Translations under genes and position numbers: made by a program
Shown: positions 43,482 to 52,192 of the stretch, one piece after another
How the letters are laid out: each line of letters starts with the position of its first letter
Numbering within the stretch: the stretch's first letter is position 1
Origin: an uncultured Alphaproteobacteria bacterium
GTDB taxonomy: Bacteria; Pseudomonadota; Alphaproteobacteria; RF32; CAG-239
Length of the DNA: 60,284 bases
Assembly: GCA_944393715.1 (NCBI GenBank)
Contig: CALYBB010000039.1
Coordinates: forward strand, 1 to 60,284
Reading direction: 5' to 3'
The notes under the pieces: model-generated
Databases searched by the model: none
The model's input: only the letters and a program-made list of their open reading frames with translations
What the model was told of the DNA's origin: nothing

Positions 43482-45860
43482 ATGGCATTAGAAATGGACA
43501 AAACAACGGAAGCTCGCCGCAAGGCGCTGCGCAACGGCGAAGAAGACCCTGTCGTTGTGGCACAGCGTTTTTTAAATATTTATCGGCAGATGCATATCCT
43601 AAGCCCAGAGCGCAAAGAGGCTTTTAACAAAATGCTCCTAGAACTCTCGCCGGATATAAGAGGAATTTTTTCATCTTTGCCGGGCGGAGCTATGCTGCAG
43701 GATTATGCGGACGAATTAGCCGAGCAATCAGGCTTGGAAAAATCATCACATCCATCGATGGAATCTCATCTAAACGAAGAAGCACATAAGCAGGCTCAGA
43801 TTTTAGCAACAGCTTTGGCCAAAGCACAAAGCCAGAATATCTCGGCAGCACCGGCGCCAACTATTGCAGGAACAACCAAAGTCAGCTTTGACAAAGATTT
43901 TGCTGTCGAGTTTGCAAAAACCATAGGCGGCGTTATTCAGCAACAAACATCGGTCCAAAAGGAAAGTCTTGAAAAATTGGTGGCAGATCTGAATAAAACG
44001 CAGTTGTTTATCGCCAAAAACATGAAAGACAACAAAGACGAGCAACATCAAGAGCTAGAAGAATTATGCCGGACAATTAGTGCCGGAAACGAACAAGCTC
44101 ATGCGGATCGGCAAAAAGAGTTTGCCGAATTATGTAAACTGGTCATAGCCAGCCTTAAGGCGGGCAGAGAAGAGCAGACACGAGGACTGAGCGAACTTTG
44201 TAAAATGATTACCGAGTCTTATCAAAATACGAGGGCCGAGCAAAATATTCAAATAGGAGAATTATGCAAAGCGATAATGCAAAGCCAGACGGCGCTGAGT
44301 GCATCGTTGAGTAATCTAAATCGCGAAGATTCGCTGTTGCCGCAGGCAAAAACAGAGACGATTGATAATTCAACCAGAAAATTGATAGAAGTTGTTTTAG
44401 ACGGGCAAAAACAGCTTAATCAACGTTTGGACAAGGTCGAAATATTATCGGCTGAAAAAGCCAATGATAATAAAGAATTGATAAAAGCTTTTGAAAAAAC
44501 ACAAGCCGAAATGGTTAAAGGTTTGGGGCGGATCAAAGACAGATCGCCGGCGGTGCGAGGCAAAGATGATACCGAAAAACTTATAAAAGCCATTGGGGAG
44601 TCTCAAAACCGCCTGATAAAAGAACTTTTGTCTGTAAGCGTTTTGCAAAATAATACCGCACAAGCCAACAACAATGCCAATAATATTCAAATCAACACGC
44701 CGGATAATTCGAGCCAGATTGTGCAACTGACCGAAAAAATTGCGTCATTGCAGGCGTCAAATGAGCAAAATATCGAAAAAGCAATTACCAGAACCATAGA
44801 AGAACAAGGAAAACTTTACGATAAAATCAGCCGGAGGCAGACCAAAGAACTGGCAGAAATGCTGGCATTGGCCTTAAAAGAAACAAATTTATCAGCCTCT
44901 TCTGATTTAATGGCTCAGCCGATTCGTCAAGAAAATCCGCTGCCGGAGGCCGAAGAAGCCATGCCGGAGTCTTTTTTTGGTGAAGAGGCTTTGTCTACAG
45001 ACGATTATACTGAAATATTGACGCCAACAGCCGAAGAACAAACCTCTTCCACTGTTGCTGAAAAGCCGCAGGAAAGTTTCCTTGCAGAGGAAGAAAAAAC
45101 CCAAAAAAAGAAAAAGAAAAAAAAGAAAAAAAAGAAAAAAACAACGGATATCCAGTCGGCGCCAACTGTGGATGTACAGCCGAAAGTAGAAGATATTGCG
45201 CCGCCTGAAGCAGAAAATACTTTGGAAGAAGATGATGAGCTTCCGAAAATAACCGGAAGTTTTCAAGAAAATGCTGATTCTTCAAATATGCCGTCTGAAA
45301 TTTCTGATGTAGTTCCCACAGTTTCGACAGAAAGCCGGATTCCCGAAGAAAATCAAGAAATATCAACCGGAAGCATTGCCGCTGCATCGCCGGATTTAAT
45401 GTTTAATGAGACCGAAACAAAAGATATTACGGATGAACAATTCGGTAATGCTGAGACAATTCTGACTTCAACAAGTGATGATTGGGGCTTTACGCAGGAA
45501 ACTTCAAAAGATGAACAAAAAAGCGCGGCACGGTTAGAAGAAACCGGCAGTGATTGGGGATTTATCTCTGCCGATAACGAAAAGAACTTTACCGGAAATA
45601 ACGATAACAAAGAAGATCAAGATTGGGAATGGGTATATGTTGAAGATGACGGCAGCGAAGCATATCCGGCCATGGAAGCCATCGGCGATAACAGCTATAT
45701 TTGCAGCAGCGATTTGTTTTCTCAGGAAAAAGTAATCAACAGCGGCCCACTTGTTTATGGGTCAACGCCGGTCGAGCTTTCAACTCAACCTTTTATTGTT
45801 GATAATGATGCCGCAGATGAGGTTGTTGATCCTTATCAAAATAGTATTCTAAAAGATTAA
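43482..45860 (+). CDS. Acidic 792-aa cytoplasmic-type protein with ELCK repeats and a Lys12 tract; unknown function
   Basis: It has no signal peptide or TM. Four ~20-aa repeats each contain E-L-C-(K/R) (nt ~44045-44290). A run of 12 Lys is encoded by an A-rich tract. The C-terminal third is D/E/S/T-rich. Confidence 0.6.
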   Translation: MALEMDKTTEARRKALRNGEEDPVVVAQRFLNIYRQMHILSPERKEAFNKMLLELSPDIRGIFSSLPGGAMLQDYADELAEQSGLEKSSHPSMESHLNEEAHKQAQILATALAKAQSQNISAAPAPTIAGTTKVSFDKDFAVEFAKTIGGVIQQQTSVQKESLEKLVADLNKTQLFIAKNMKDNKDEQHQELEELCRTISAGNEQAHADRQKEFAELCKLVIASLKAGREEQTRGLSELCKMITESYQNTRAEQNIQIGELCKAIMQSQTALSASLSNLNREDSLLPQAKTETIDNSTRKLIEVVLDGQKQLNQRLDKVEILSAEKANDNKELIKAFEKTQAEMVKGLGRIKDRSPAVRGKDDTEKLIKAIGESQNRLIKELLSVSVLQNNTAQANNNANNIQINTPDNSSQIVQLTEKIASLQASNEQNIEKAITRTIEEQGKLYDKISRRQTKELAEMLALALKETNLSASSDLMAQPIRQENPLPEAEEAMPESFFGEEALSTDDYTEILTPTAEEQTSSTVAEKPQESFLAEEEKTQKKKKKKKKKKKKTTDIQSAPTVDVQPKVEDIAPPEAENTLEEDDELPKITGSFQENADSSNMPSEISDVVPTVSTESRIPEENQEISTGSIAAASPDLMFNETETKDITDEQFGNAETILTSTSDDWGFTQETSKDEQKSAARLEETGSDWGFISADNEKNFTGNNDNKEDQDWEWVYVEDDGSEAYPAMEAIGDNSYICSSDLFSQEKVINSGPLVYGSTPVELSTQPFIVDNDAADEVVDPYQNSILKD
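45105..45140 (+). repeat. A-rich homopolymer-like tract (AAA/AAG x12) encoding Lys12
   Basis: The sequence is aaaaaagaaaaagaaaaaaaagaaaaaaaagaaaaaaa, read directly. It contains several runs of 7-8 A. Confidence 0.9.
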
Positions 45861-45930
45861 AATAATAATTTACAAAGCCTGAATGCTAAATTAAATTAAA
45901 AGAAAACGAGTGGCGGGCGAGGAGTCAAAA

Positions 45931-46491
45931 ATGGAACCGAATAAGACATTCAGCTCAGGAAAAAACACGGCCGGAGATACATGGTATGTCGATAACTATA
46001 TCCTTCTGAAGGACTACTACGATATGACAATATCGCGCATAGCGGCGCGATGCGTCCGCAGTGGCAATATTGCCATGGAAGAATATAAGCATTATGCTTA
46101 TATATTGGACGTCTTGGAAGAAATCAGCGAAACGGGAGAATATATCGTTTCACATCCGGATCTTTACGGGTATGTAGATAAAAAAATTGCTGGAGGCATA
46201 AACGCTCTGAAAAAAAATTTGCAGGAATTTAGAACCGAATTGGAGCATAATGCTTCTCCGGATATGATCAAACAAGATAAAGATGAGCTTAATAAAATGA
46301 AGGAAGCGCTGGGCGAGATTGACAAATCAGAGGATCCGACGGTCGGCGCGGGAATGTCTATGGATGAGGTAGTAAATAAATTGATGCGCCAAAATAACAT
46401 GGCGCCGGCAAAAGAAAACCAGCAGCAACAACCTCAAAGTCAGCCGCATTCGCAACCTCAATCATCAGTTCGTTCCAAACCGCAGGAATAA
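45931..46491 (+). CDS. Small acidic protein with Gln-rich tail, unknown function
   Basis: ATG at 45931 lies 6 nt after GAGGAG (the track ORF begins at GTG 45910). There is no TM or signal peptide. The C-terminus is QQQQPQSQPHSQPQSS. Confidence 0.55.
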   Translation: MEPNKTFSSGKNTAGDTWYVDNYILLKDYYDMTISRIAARCVRSGNIAMEEYKHYAYILDVLEEISETGEYIVSHPDLYGYVDKKIAGGINALKKNLQEFRTELEHNASPDMIKQDKDELNKMKEALGEIDKSEDPTVGAGMSMDEVVNKLMRQNNMAPAKENQQQQPQSQPHSQPQSSVRSKPQE

Positions 46492-46494
46492 AAA

Positions 46495-47775
46495 ATGAAA
46501 AAAAAACCTTATTTTAAAATTACGGTATTGCTAAGCATTTTAGCGCTGTGCTCTTGTGGTTATATAGATAAAATAATACCTTCACGGGCATCAGGAGCTA
46601 AAGATGTCTCTGCGCCGGAAGTCCCGATTTATACGGCAGAAGTCAAAAAGCCTGTCTATCCTGCCATTCGCACGCCAAAAGGCGCCAGCCAATTAGATTT
46701 AGAAACGCCGCTGCGTTGTTTTGTCAACTGGGATACCCAGCAGATGATATCGACGGTTCCTTATAATCTAAAAGCCTTTAATTTGGTTCGCAACGGCAAA
46801 AATGACCTCCTTCCGCGTTTTGAGGTTAATGGTTTTTCCTTTGAGACAATGTCGGCGGAAAAAGCCTTGTTGAAGTTAACCAAAGAGGCAAAACTGAAAC
46901 TGGTGGCCAAGGACGCGCCATATGCCAGCATTTCGGCTGAGAATTTGCGCGGCGATTTTACGGACGTTGTAAATATGATTGCGGACGCAGCCGAGATTTA
47001 CTACAGCTACAACGCAACAAACAAAACGCTGCGTATTTCCCGCAAAGCCAATTTCAGCCTTTATATTCCTCGTTCCCGAACAATCATGTTGGCGATTCTT
47101 GATGTGCTTCGCGGTGCCGGAATAACGGATTTTACGGCCGATTTTGATGATTACAGCATTACGTTTGATGCCGATTTTGAACTCCGGAGTCAGGTGTTAA
47201 ATTTAATCAGCTATTTTGAAGAAAATCCAGTTTTGCTGGCGTATGATATCAAAGTCTTCAACTTATACCCGTATAATTCGGAAGGGGTTGAATGGCAGCA
47301 GATTATGGAAGCTTTTGATTTTGGTTCCATCAAGAGCGCAAAAAGCGGCGTTCTGGGGCGGATGCTGACCACATCAAACGATATCAACGTTATGTCATTA
47401 ACGAGCTTTTTAAGTCGTCAGGCTCGGGTTGAAGCCGTAGGTGAAGGAAAATTTGTTGTCCCGAACTTATGGTTTTCGCGTTTTGATATCGGTAAATGCA
47501 TAAGCAGAAATTCCTTTTTGGCGGATTTATCTATTTTGGCCAAAGCTTCTTTTGAGCAAAATAACAAAATTTTTTCTGACATTACTCTGGAAAGCAGCAA
47601 TGGCGAAATTTCCAGATTCTCCATCCGCAGCAAATTGGGAGAGAACTTTTTGATTATAGGTCTTCCTGATACAGTCTTTGGCTCACAAACCCTCGGGTCT
47701 GAGACAATAATAATGATTGTTCCGCGAGTTGTTAAGACTATGAAGACCTCAAAAATATTAGAAAACAATTTATAA
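46495..47775 (+). CDS. Short secretin-like lipoprotein (N0/N1-like region plus reduced secretin-like C-domain)
   Basis: Lipobox is ILALCSC|G. The N0-like segment is FSFETMSAEKALLKLTKEAKLKLVAKDAPYASISAENLRGDFTDVVNMIADAAEIYYSY. Secretin-like segments are LLAYDIKVFNLYPYNSEGVEW, VMSLTSFLSRQARVEAVGEGKFVVPN and ENFLIIGLPD. The C-terminal ETIIMIVPRVVKT parallels ILVIILTPVVLE of the PilN-like secretin. Confidence 0.45.
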   Translation: MKKKPYFKITVLLSILALCSCGYIDKIIPSRASGAKDVSAPEVPIYTAEVKKPVYPAIRTPKGASQLDLETPLRCFVNWDTQQMISTVPYNLKAFNLVRNGKNDLLPRFEVNGFSFETMSAEKALLKLTKEAKLKLVAKDAPYASISAENLRGDFTDVVNMIADAAEIYYSYNATNKTLRISRKANFSLYIPRSRTIMLAILDVLRGAGITDFTADFDDYSITFDADFELRSQVLNLISYFEENPVLLAYDIKVFNLYPYNSEGVEWQQIMEAFDFGSIKSAKSGVLGRMLTTSNDINVMSLTSFLSRQARVEAVGEGKFVVPNLWFSRFDIGKCISRNSFLADLSILAKASFEQNNKIFSDITLESSNGEISRFSIRSKLGENFLIIGLPDTVFGSQTLGSETIIMIVPRVVKTMKTSKILENNL

Positions 47776-47787
47776 AGGCTGACAAAA

Positions 47788-48447
47788 ATGGATGCACCCT
47801 CAGGCGGTTTCAAACCGCAGCTCAAAAAAATTAAACGCCCGATAAACAGGCAGGCACCGCAGACCTCCGCCCGTCCGTCCGGTTCGGAAAATGTAAGTCC
47901 TTTTGCCTCATACGTGCCGATGTCCGGTCGGAAACCGGAGGTTGATATAAACGATTATCTTGATGAAAAACCGCTTCCGTCCAAAGAGGTTCATGATATT
48001 CCGGAATCTGCCGATCACCCGCAATATATTGATGAGGAAGCTTATGAAGAAGAGGTCTATGGTCGTCGGTCGACGGCAAAAGTGCCGGATTGGCTGACCA
48101 TGAAAGTATTTTTTCTGATTATTAGCGTCAGTTTGTTTGTAGGTATTGTTGCCGGACGGTTTATTTTTGCCGAATCAAAAATTGTCCGCAACGGTTTGCA
48201 GGGGGTTGTTGTCAATGCTGAAGTTCCACGCGGCAGGGCTCGTTGCGGTGTTGCCGAAAGAACACAGGGTTGTGTGCTCTATATCATGAATCCGCAAAGA
48301 CAGGAAATGAGAGCCAAAGATTTTTACGACCTAGCGGCACAAATGACCGGTCGCCAACGTTTTATGATTGAAACCGGCAACATGCGTTATGCCAATAGCA
48401 AAATCCGAGCAGGAGACATTGTTCAGCTCAACATTCCGCCGCTATAA
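47788..48447 (+). CDS. Bitopic membrane protein, unknown function
   Basis: The N-terminus is basic and Pro-rich. The single TM is VFFLIISVSLFVGIVAGRFIF. A ~100-aa C-terminal domain follows. The gene is followed by a bidirectional terminator. Confidence 0.55.
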   Translation: MDAPSGGFKPQLKKIKRPINRQAPQTSARPSGSENVSPFASYVPMSGRKPEVDINDYLDEKPLPSKEVHDIPESADHPQYIDEEAYEEEVYGRRSTAKVPDWLTMKVFFLIISVSLFVGIVAGRFIFAESKIVRNGLQGVVVNAEVPRGRARCGVAERTQGCVLYIMNPQRQEMRAKDFYDLAAQMTGRQRFMIETGNMRYANSKIRAGDIVQLNIPPL

Positions 48448-48455
48448 AACATATC

Positions 48456-48492
48456 AAAAAATCCGAGGCCTCAAAACAACCTCGGATTTTTC
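48456..48492. terminator. Bidirectional rho-independent terminator between convergent genes
   Basis: ATCCGAGG (48461-48468) / CCTCGGAT (48480-48487), flanked by an A-run upstream and a T-run downstream. Confidence 0.7.
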
Positions 48493-48515
48493 TCAGACTA
48501 AAACTCTGTCAGATT

Positions 48516-49487
48516 TCACAAAGTTATAAATACAACGCGTTGCAGTTTTTGCAGGTCGTTGTTATCAAAAGATATTTTTTCATCTGGGTTCCAGCGGATT
48601 CCATAAAGCTGCCCCGCATCATTTTCCCGAATGGCAACAATCTTTGCCTCGGTCTCGCTGGCATAATAGATGGCAATATCTCCGACACTGACAGGCTCCT
48701 GCGGGTCAACAAACAGCACAGATCTTGCCGGCAACAGACTACCCAAGCGTCTGGTGCACAAATTAACTCCATAAATATCTTTTTTGTTTTGCAGAGCCAG
48801 AGGACAAGGAACCTGTTTGACTTCTTCTTCAGGATCAATAATAACATTACCCTCTCTTCCGGCAGTTCCAAAGACCGAAACTTTAGCCGCATCCTGAAAA
48901 GACGAACCAAAAGAGGCAATAGCTCCGCGCGGTGTTGACAAAAGCTTATACTTGGCATCGTTGCGCTGAATAATCTCTTCCAAAAATCCCTTTTCATCCA
49001 GCTCTTTAATCTCTGTTTTCAGCTCATCAAGAGGCATCTTCAAAGCTTTGGCAATATTTTTCATTTCTTTGTCAGAAACCTCGCGTTGCCCCATCTCAAT
49101 CCGATGATAAACCGAGAGCGTCATATCAGCACTTTCGGCCACCTCAATCAGCGTCAAATTCTTTTCATTACGGATCTGTCGCAAACCGGCACCCAGCGTT
49201 TTCAGCCCGCTTTTTTCGTTGATTTTGTTGCGGCGTTCTTGCTCCCGCCGCCACGCCAAAACGATTTCTTGCTGCGAATTTTGTTCGTTAACAAACAGTT
49301 CCTGCAAAGGACAATCCAAAAATTCCGCAACCCTGACCAGCTGTTCTTGATCCACTCGTCGGTATCCTTTTTCAATCTTAGAAATTGCCGAGAGAGAAAC
49401 ATTAAGATGGTCGGCCAGCTCCTGCATGGAGCGCCCGCGCAACCGGCGGTACATCCTGATTTGATTGGGAAAAATAATTTCTTCCAT
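48516..49487 (-). CDS. Transcriptional regulator with two XRE-type HTH domains and an S24/LexA-CI-like C-terminal domain
   Basis: HTH 1 is IRMYRRLRGRSMQELADHLNVSLSAISKIEKGYRRV. HTH 2 is LRQIRNEKNLTLIEVAESADMTLSVYHRIEMGQREV. The C-terminus GSLLPARSVLFVDPQEPVSVGDIAIYYASETEAKIVAI resembles the S24 fold, with possible Ser and Lys positions. The start is taken at the ATG (complement of 49485-49487), because the track start at 49517 is TTG. Confidence 0.75.
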   Translation of the reverse strand: MEEIIFPNQIRMYRRLRGRSMQELADHLNVSLSAISKIEKGYRRVDQEQLVRVAEFLDCPLQELFVNEQNSQQEIVLAWRREQERRNKINEKSGLKTLGAGLRQIRNEKNLTLIEVAESADMTLSVYHRIEMGQREVSDKEMKNIAKALKMPLDELKTEIKELDEKGFLEEIIQRNDAKYKLLSTPRGAIASFGSSFQDAAKVSVFGTAGREGNVIIDPEEEVKQVPCPLALQNKKDIYGVNLCTRRLGSLLPARSVLFVDPQEPVSVGDIAIYYASETEAKIVAIRENDAGQLYGIRWNPDEKISFDNNDLQKLQRVVFITL

Positions 49488-49576
49488 GACTAAATTGTTC
49501 CTTGCTAAAGTTAACAATCATTGCCTGTCATATTAAAGACAAGCACCGCATTAATCAAGAGAATAGTACAAAAAAA

Positions 49577-49597
49577 GCGATTTGTGTGCAAAATCGC
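49577..49597. promoter_or_regulatory. Palindromic candidate operator in the divergent regulator / virB6 intergenic region
   Basis: GCGATTT-N7-AAATCGC (49577-49583 / 49591-49597) lies in the A/T-rich region between the regulator gene and the virB6 operon. Confidence 0.3.
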
Positions 49598-49685
49598 CGT
49601 TATTGCAAAAAATCAAAAAACTGTAACACTTTGTAAGTAATTTATATGTTATGATAAGAGAAGAAAGGACAAAAAAGGATAAGTG

Positions 49686-49886
49686 ATGCTGAAAGCCTGG
49701 CTGACGACAATTTTGGCGCTGATTATAGTGAGCGTGGCTTACTATACTGATTTGCTTAACTTTTTTTCCGGAAAGGCAGTGTTTTACATTGCACTGGCGG
49801 TGCTGATTTTGACTGTTGCCGCGGCAGGAATTATTTTGGGCAACCCTTTTCAGGGGAAAACAAAGGATGACGAGGACGGTGAATAA
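49686..49886 (+). CDS. Small two-TM membrane protein (66 aa) leading the virB6 operon
   Basis: AAGGA lies 6 nt upstream of the ATG at 49686. Two hydrophobic helices (AWLTTILALIIVSVAYY and FYIALAVLILTVAAAGIILG) are followed by an acidic tail. It overlaps the start of the next gene by ~20 nt. Confidence 0.45.
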   Translation: MLKAWLTTILALIIVSVAYYTDLLNFFSGKAVFYIALAVLILTVAAAGIILGNPFQGKTKDDEDGE

Positions 49887-52176
49887 ATTTTTGGTCACGA
49901 TTTTTTGCGGACTGCTGTGTTTGGCAGTTTCGCCGTCTTATGCTGCCGACAGTTCAATGAACGAGATCAAACGCCAAAGTGCCGAAGAATTTTTGACAGA
50001 AAGAACCTCTTTTAAAGGGGGAGACCTAAAAAAAGACACCATCGTTCTTTGCGGAGAAGTTACATGCGATTTAGAAAACAATGTCTGTTTGAAAAAGGAA
50101 AAAACAGCGTGGGGCGCGAGTTTTTGGCAAACTATAGTCAACTTTAAAAATACAGGGGTTACAGACATAAAGTATATTTGTGTAGATCAATTTGAAATAT
50201 CCAAATATACGGCTGATGGTTGGGTATCGGTTGATGAAAAAGAAAACAATGTTACCCGACGTGTGCAGACAAATGGAAAAGAGGCAAAAGAAGAAAGGAA
50301 AGAATGCTACCAAGCCACGTCGCCTCAGGGCGTAGCCACGCAGTACTGCATCAGGAGAATCAGCGATCAAGTTACGGTCTATTCGGCCAAGAACGAAGGA
50401 GCAAGAATTTGCGAAGTTGTTCCGGTCAGCTGGTACAACAGCAAAAAGTGCCATTTTTGTTCGCTTATCGGCGTTATTTACAAAGTTTCCGACGAAATAA
50501 CATTTACTTCCGCGACCAAATTTGCATCATCGTTTGCAATTGTGATAGCTTTTGGCATGGGGCTCTGGGTTGCAATGAAGACTCTGGTATTTGTCAGTTC
50601 AATGGCCAAGCAGGATGCTGCCAAATATATTACGGAGATAGTCAAACAGGGCTATAAGTTCATGATAGCTTTTTTTCTGCTGCTCTACTACCACAACATT
50701 TTTGGCTATATCATCAATCCTCTGTTGAATTCCGGTTTGATTTTCGGCGATGAGTTTGTCCATGTCGTATCTTGGGAAGATCGCATTAAAGAAGAAAATG
50801 AAGATTATAATAACGAGAGCCTGCAAACACTTTGCGCCACAAACAAAGATATTCTTTCTCTGGACTATCAGCGCAATTGTGACAACACTTTTTATTCTGT
50901 CGAAATGTATAAGCAGATAGAAAATTTTGCCTATAATGTCAATCAGCAATACGCGCTGTTGCAGACCATAGGCAGTTCTTTGTTGTGCCTCGGCGGAAAA
51001 TATTTGCTGTTGCAAATCACAGATCAAGGCTGGCAGATAGGATTGGGCATTGACTGCATTATTTACGGCATTTTCTTTTGGGTATTTGGCTTTCTGTTGT
51101 GTTTGGGCTTTATTTTTTACTTGCTTGATGCGGTGGTTCAGCTAGGTATTGTTGGCGCGTTGTTGCCGTTTTTGGTGGCCAGCTGGCCGTTTAAGATAAC
51201 GTCGAAATACACCGCGACCGGTTTCAAAATGTTGCTTAACAGTATTTTCACCTTTATGATGATGGGTATTATCGTCAGAATCAGCATGGAGTTGATCAGC
51301 GTCTCAATGGCCTTTAACATTAGCAGCGATGAAGAGCAACAAGGGGGCAGCGGGTTGCTGGTTTTGGTAGAAGCGATTGACAAGGTAGATACCAACAGCC
51401 TAAAAGAGCTTGTCAATGTCTTCAGCCTAGGATTTTTAATGTTTATGTTTGCCAATATTTTGGGCTTTTTGCTACTGGCTCGGATAACAGAATTGGTTGA
51501 TCGTTTTGCCAGCGGTGGCATGCAGCCTTCGGCGCCGTCCATTGCCACGATGGGTGCTTCTGCGGTCAAAGGCGCCGCGCTTAAAGTGGCACAACCGACA
51601 ACCGATGCTATAGGCGAGTGGGCCGATGACAAGGCGAGGAATGTAACACGCTGGGCTGTTGACGGAGCCGTCGGCTTGGCAACATTAAGACCGCTTCGCA
51701 ATCGGATCAATAAGAAAGCGGCCTCTGGTGGAGGCTCAGGCGGTTCAGGTGGCGGATCAGACGGTTCAGGCAGCGGTGCTGGTGGTTCAGACGGCAGTTC
51801 GGGCGGTGGTTCGAGTGGAAGTTCAGGCAGCTCGGGCGGCAACAATCCGACACCGGAGCGTTCGACGGCTTCCATTGGTAACGGTTCTTCCGGCGAGACA
51901 CGTCAGACAACAGTGAAAAATCCACAGCCGCAGGCCCAAAGACAAGAAAACAAAGAGACGTCGGCTCAAGGACAATCCAACAGGACAGAACAAGACGTCA
52001 ACGACAGACAAGAAACTCCGGCACCGGACGCCGTGCAGCCTGATACCGACAAAAACGATGCGGCCGCGCCGGACGATACTCCCGACCAGAAACAAGATTT
52101 TGTCCGCGGCGGCAAACCGACGACCATAGGCAACGGCCGCCGGCCGGATCGGCAAAAACTGGATGAACTGGACTAA
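49867..52176 (+). CDS. virB6: VirB6/TrbL-like polytopic membrane protein, paralogue 1, with Gly/Ser-rich and charged C-terminal extension
   Basis: The signal peptide is LLCLAVSPSYA|ADS. A Cys-rich N-domain is followed by CHFCSLIG...GLWVAMKTLVFVSSM. The multi-TM core carries FIFYLLDAVVQLGIVGALLPFLVASWPF. The tail is GGGSGGSGGGSDGSGSG... Confidence 0.75.
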   Translation: MTRTVNKFLVTIFCGLLCLAVSPSYAADSSMNEIKRQSAEEFLTERTSFKGGDLKKDTIVLCGEVTCDLENNVCLKKEKTAWGASFWQTIVNFKNTGVTDIKYICVDQFEISKYTADGWVSVDEKENNVTRRVQTNGKEAKEERKECYQATSPQGVATQYCIRRISDQVTVYSAKNEGARICEVVPVSWYNSKKCHFCSLIGVIYKVSDEITFTSATKFASSFAIVIAFGMGLWVAMKTLVFVSSMAKQDAAKYITEIVKQGYKFMIAFFLLLYYHNIFGYIINPLLNSGLIFGDEFVHVVSWEDRIKEENEDYNNESLQTLCATNKDILSLDYQRNCDNTFYSVEMYKQIENFAYNVNQQYALLQTIGSSLLCLGGKYLLLQITDQGWQIGLGIDCIIYGIFFWVFGFLLCLGFIFYLLDAVVQLGIVGALLPFLVASWPFKITSKYTATGFKMLLNSIFTFMMMGIIVRISMELISVSMAFNISSDEEQQGGSGLLVLVEAIDKVDTNSLKELVNVFSLGFLMFMFANILGFLLLARITELVDRFASGGMQPSAPSIATMGASAVKGAALKVAQPTTDAIGEWADDKARNVTRWAVDGAVGLATLRPLRNRINKKAASGGGSGGSGGGSDGSGSGAGGSDGSSGGGSSGSSGSSGGNNPTPERSTASIGNGSSGETRQTTVKNPQPQAQRQENKETSAQGQSNRTEQDVNDRQETPAPDAVQPDTDKNDAAAPDDTPDQKQDFVRGGKPTTIGNGRRPDRQKLDELD

Positions 52177-52192
52177 CGCAGAGGGCACAACA

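Noticed and set aside
43373..43627. 84-aa + strand ORF starting just after virB11
   Set aside because: It begins inside the virB11 terminator hairpin and overlaps the start of the 792-aa gene in another frame. The peptide is Arg/Gln-rich and not protein-like.
43482..45860. Could the gene after virB11 be VirD4, as in the Rickettsia order B10-B11-D4?
   Set aside because: It has no N-terminal TM segments and no Walker A/B motifs. The protein is acidic, repetitive and low-complexity. VirD4 therefore appears to be absent from this window.
51715..51845. GGC/AGC/GGT-rich imperfect DNA repeat as a contingency locus
   Set aside because: The repeat units are irregular, mixing GGCGGT, TCAGGC and AGCGGT. 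They simply encode the Gly/Ser linker of VirB6 paralogue 1. No perfect tandem unit long enough to argue for slippage is visible by eye.
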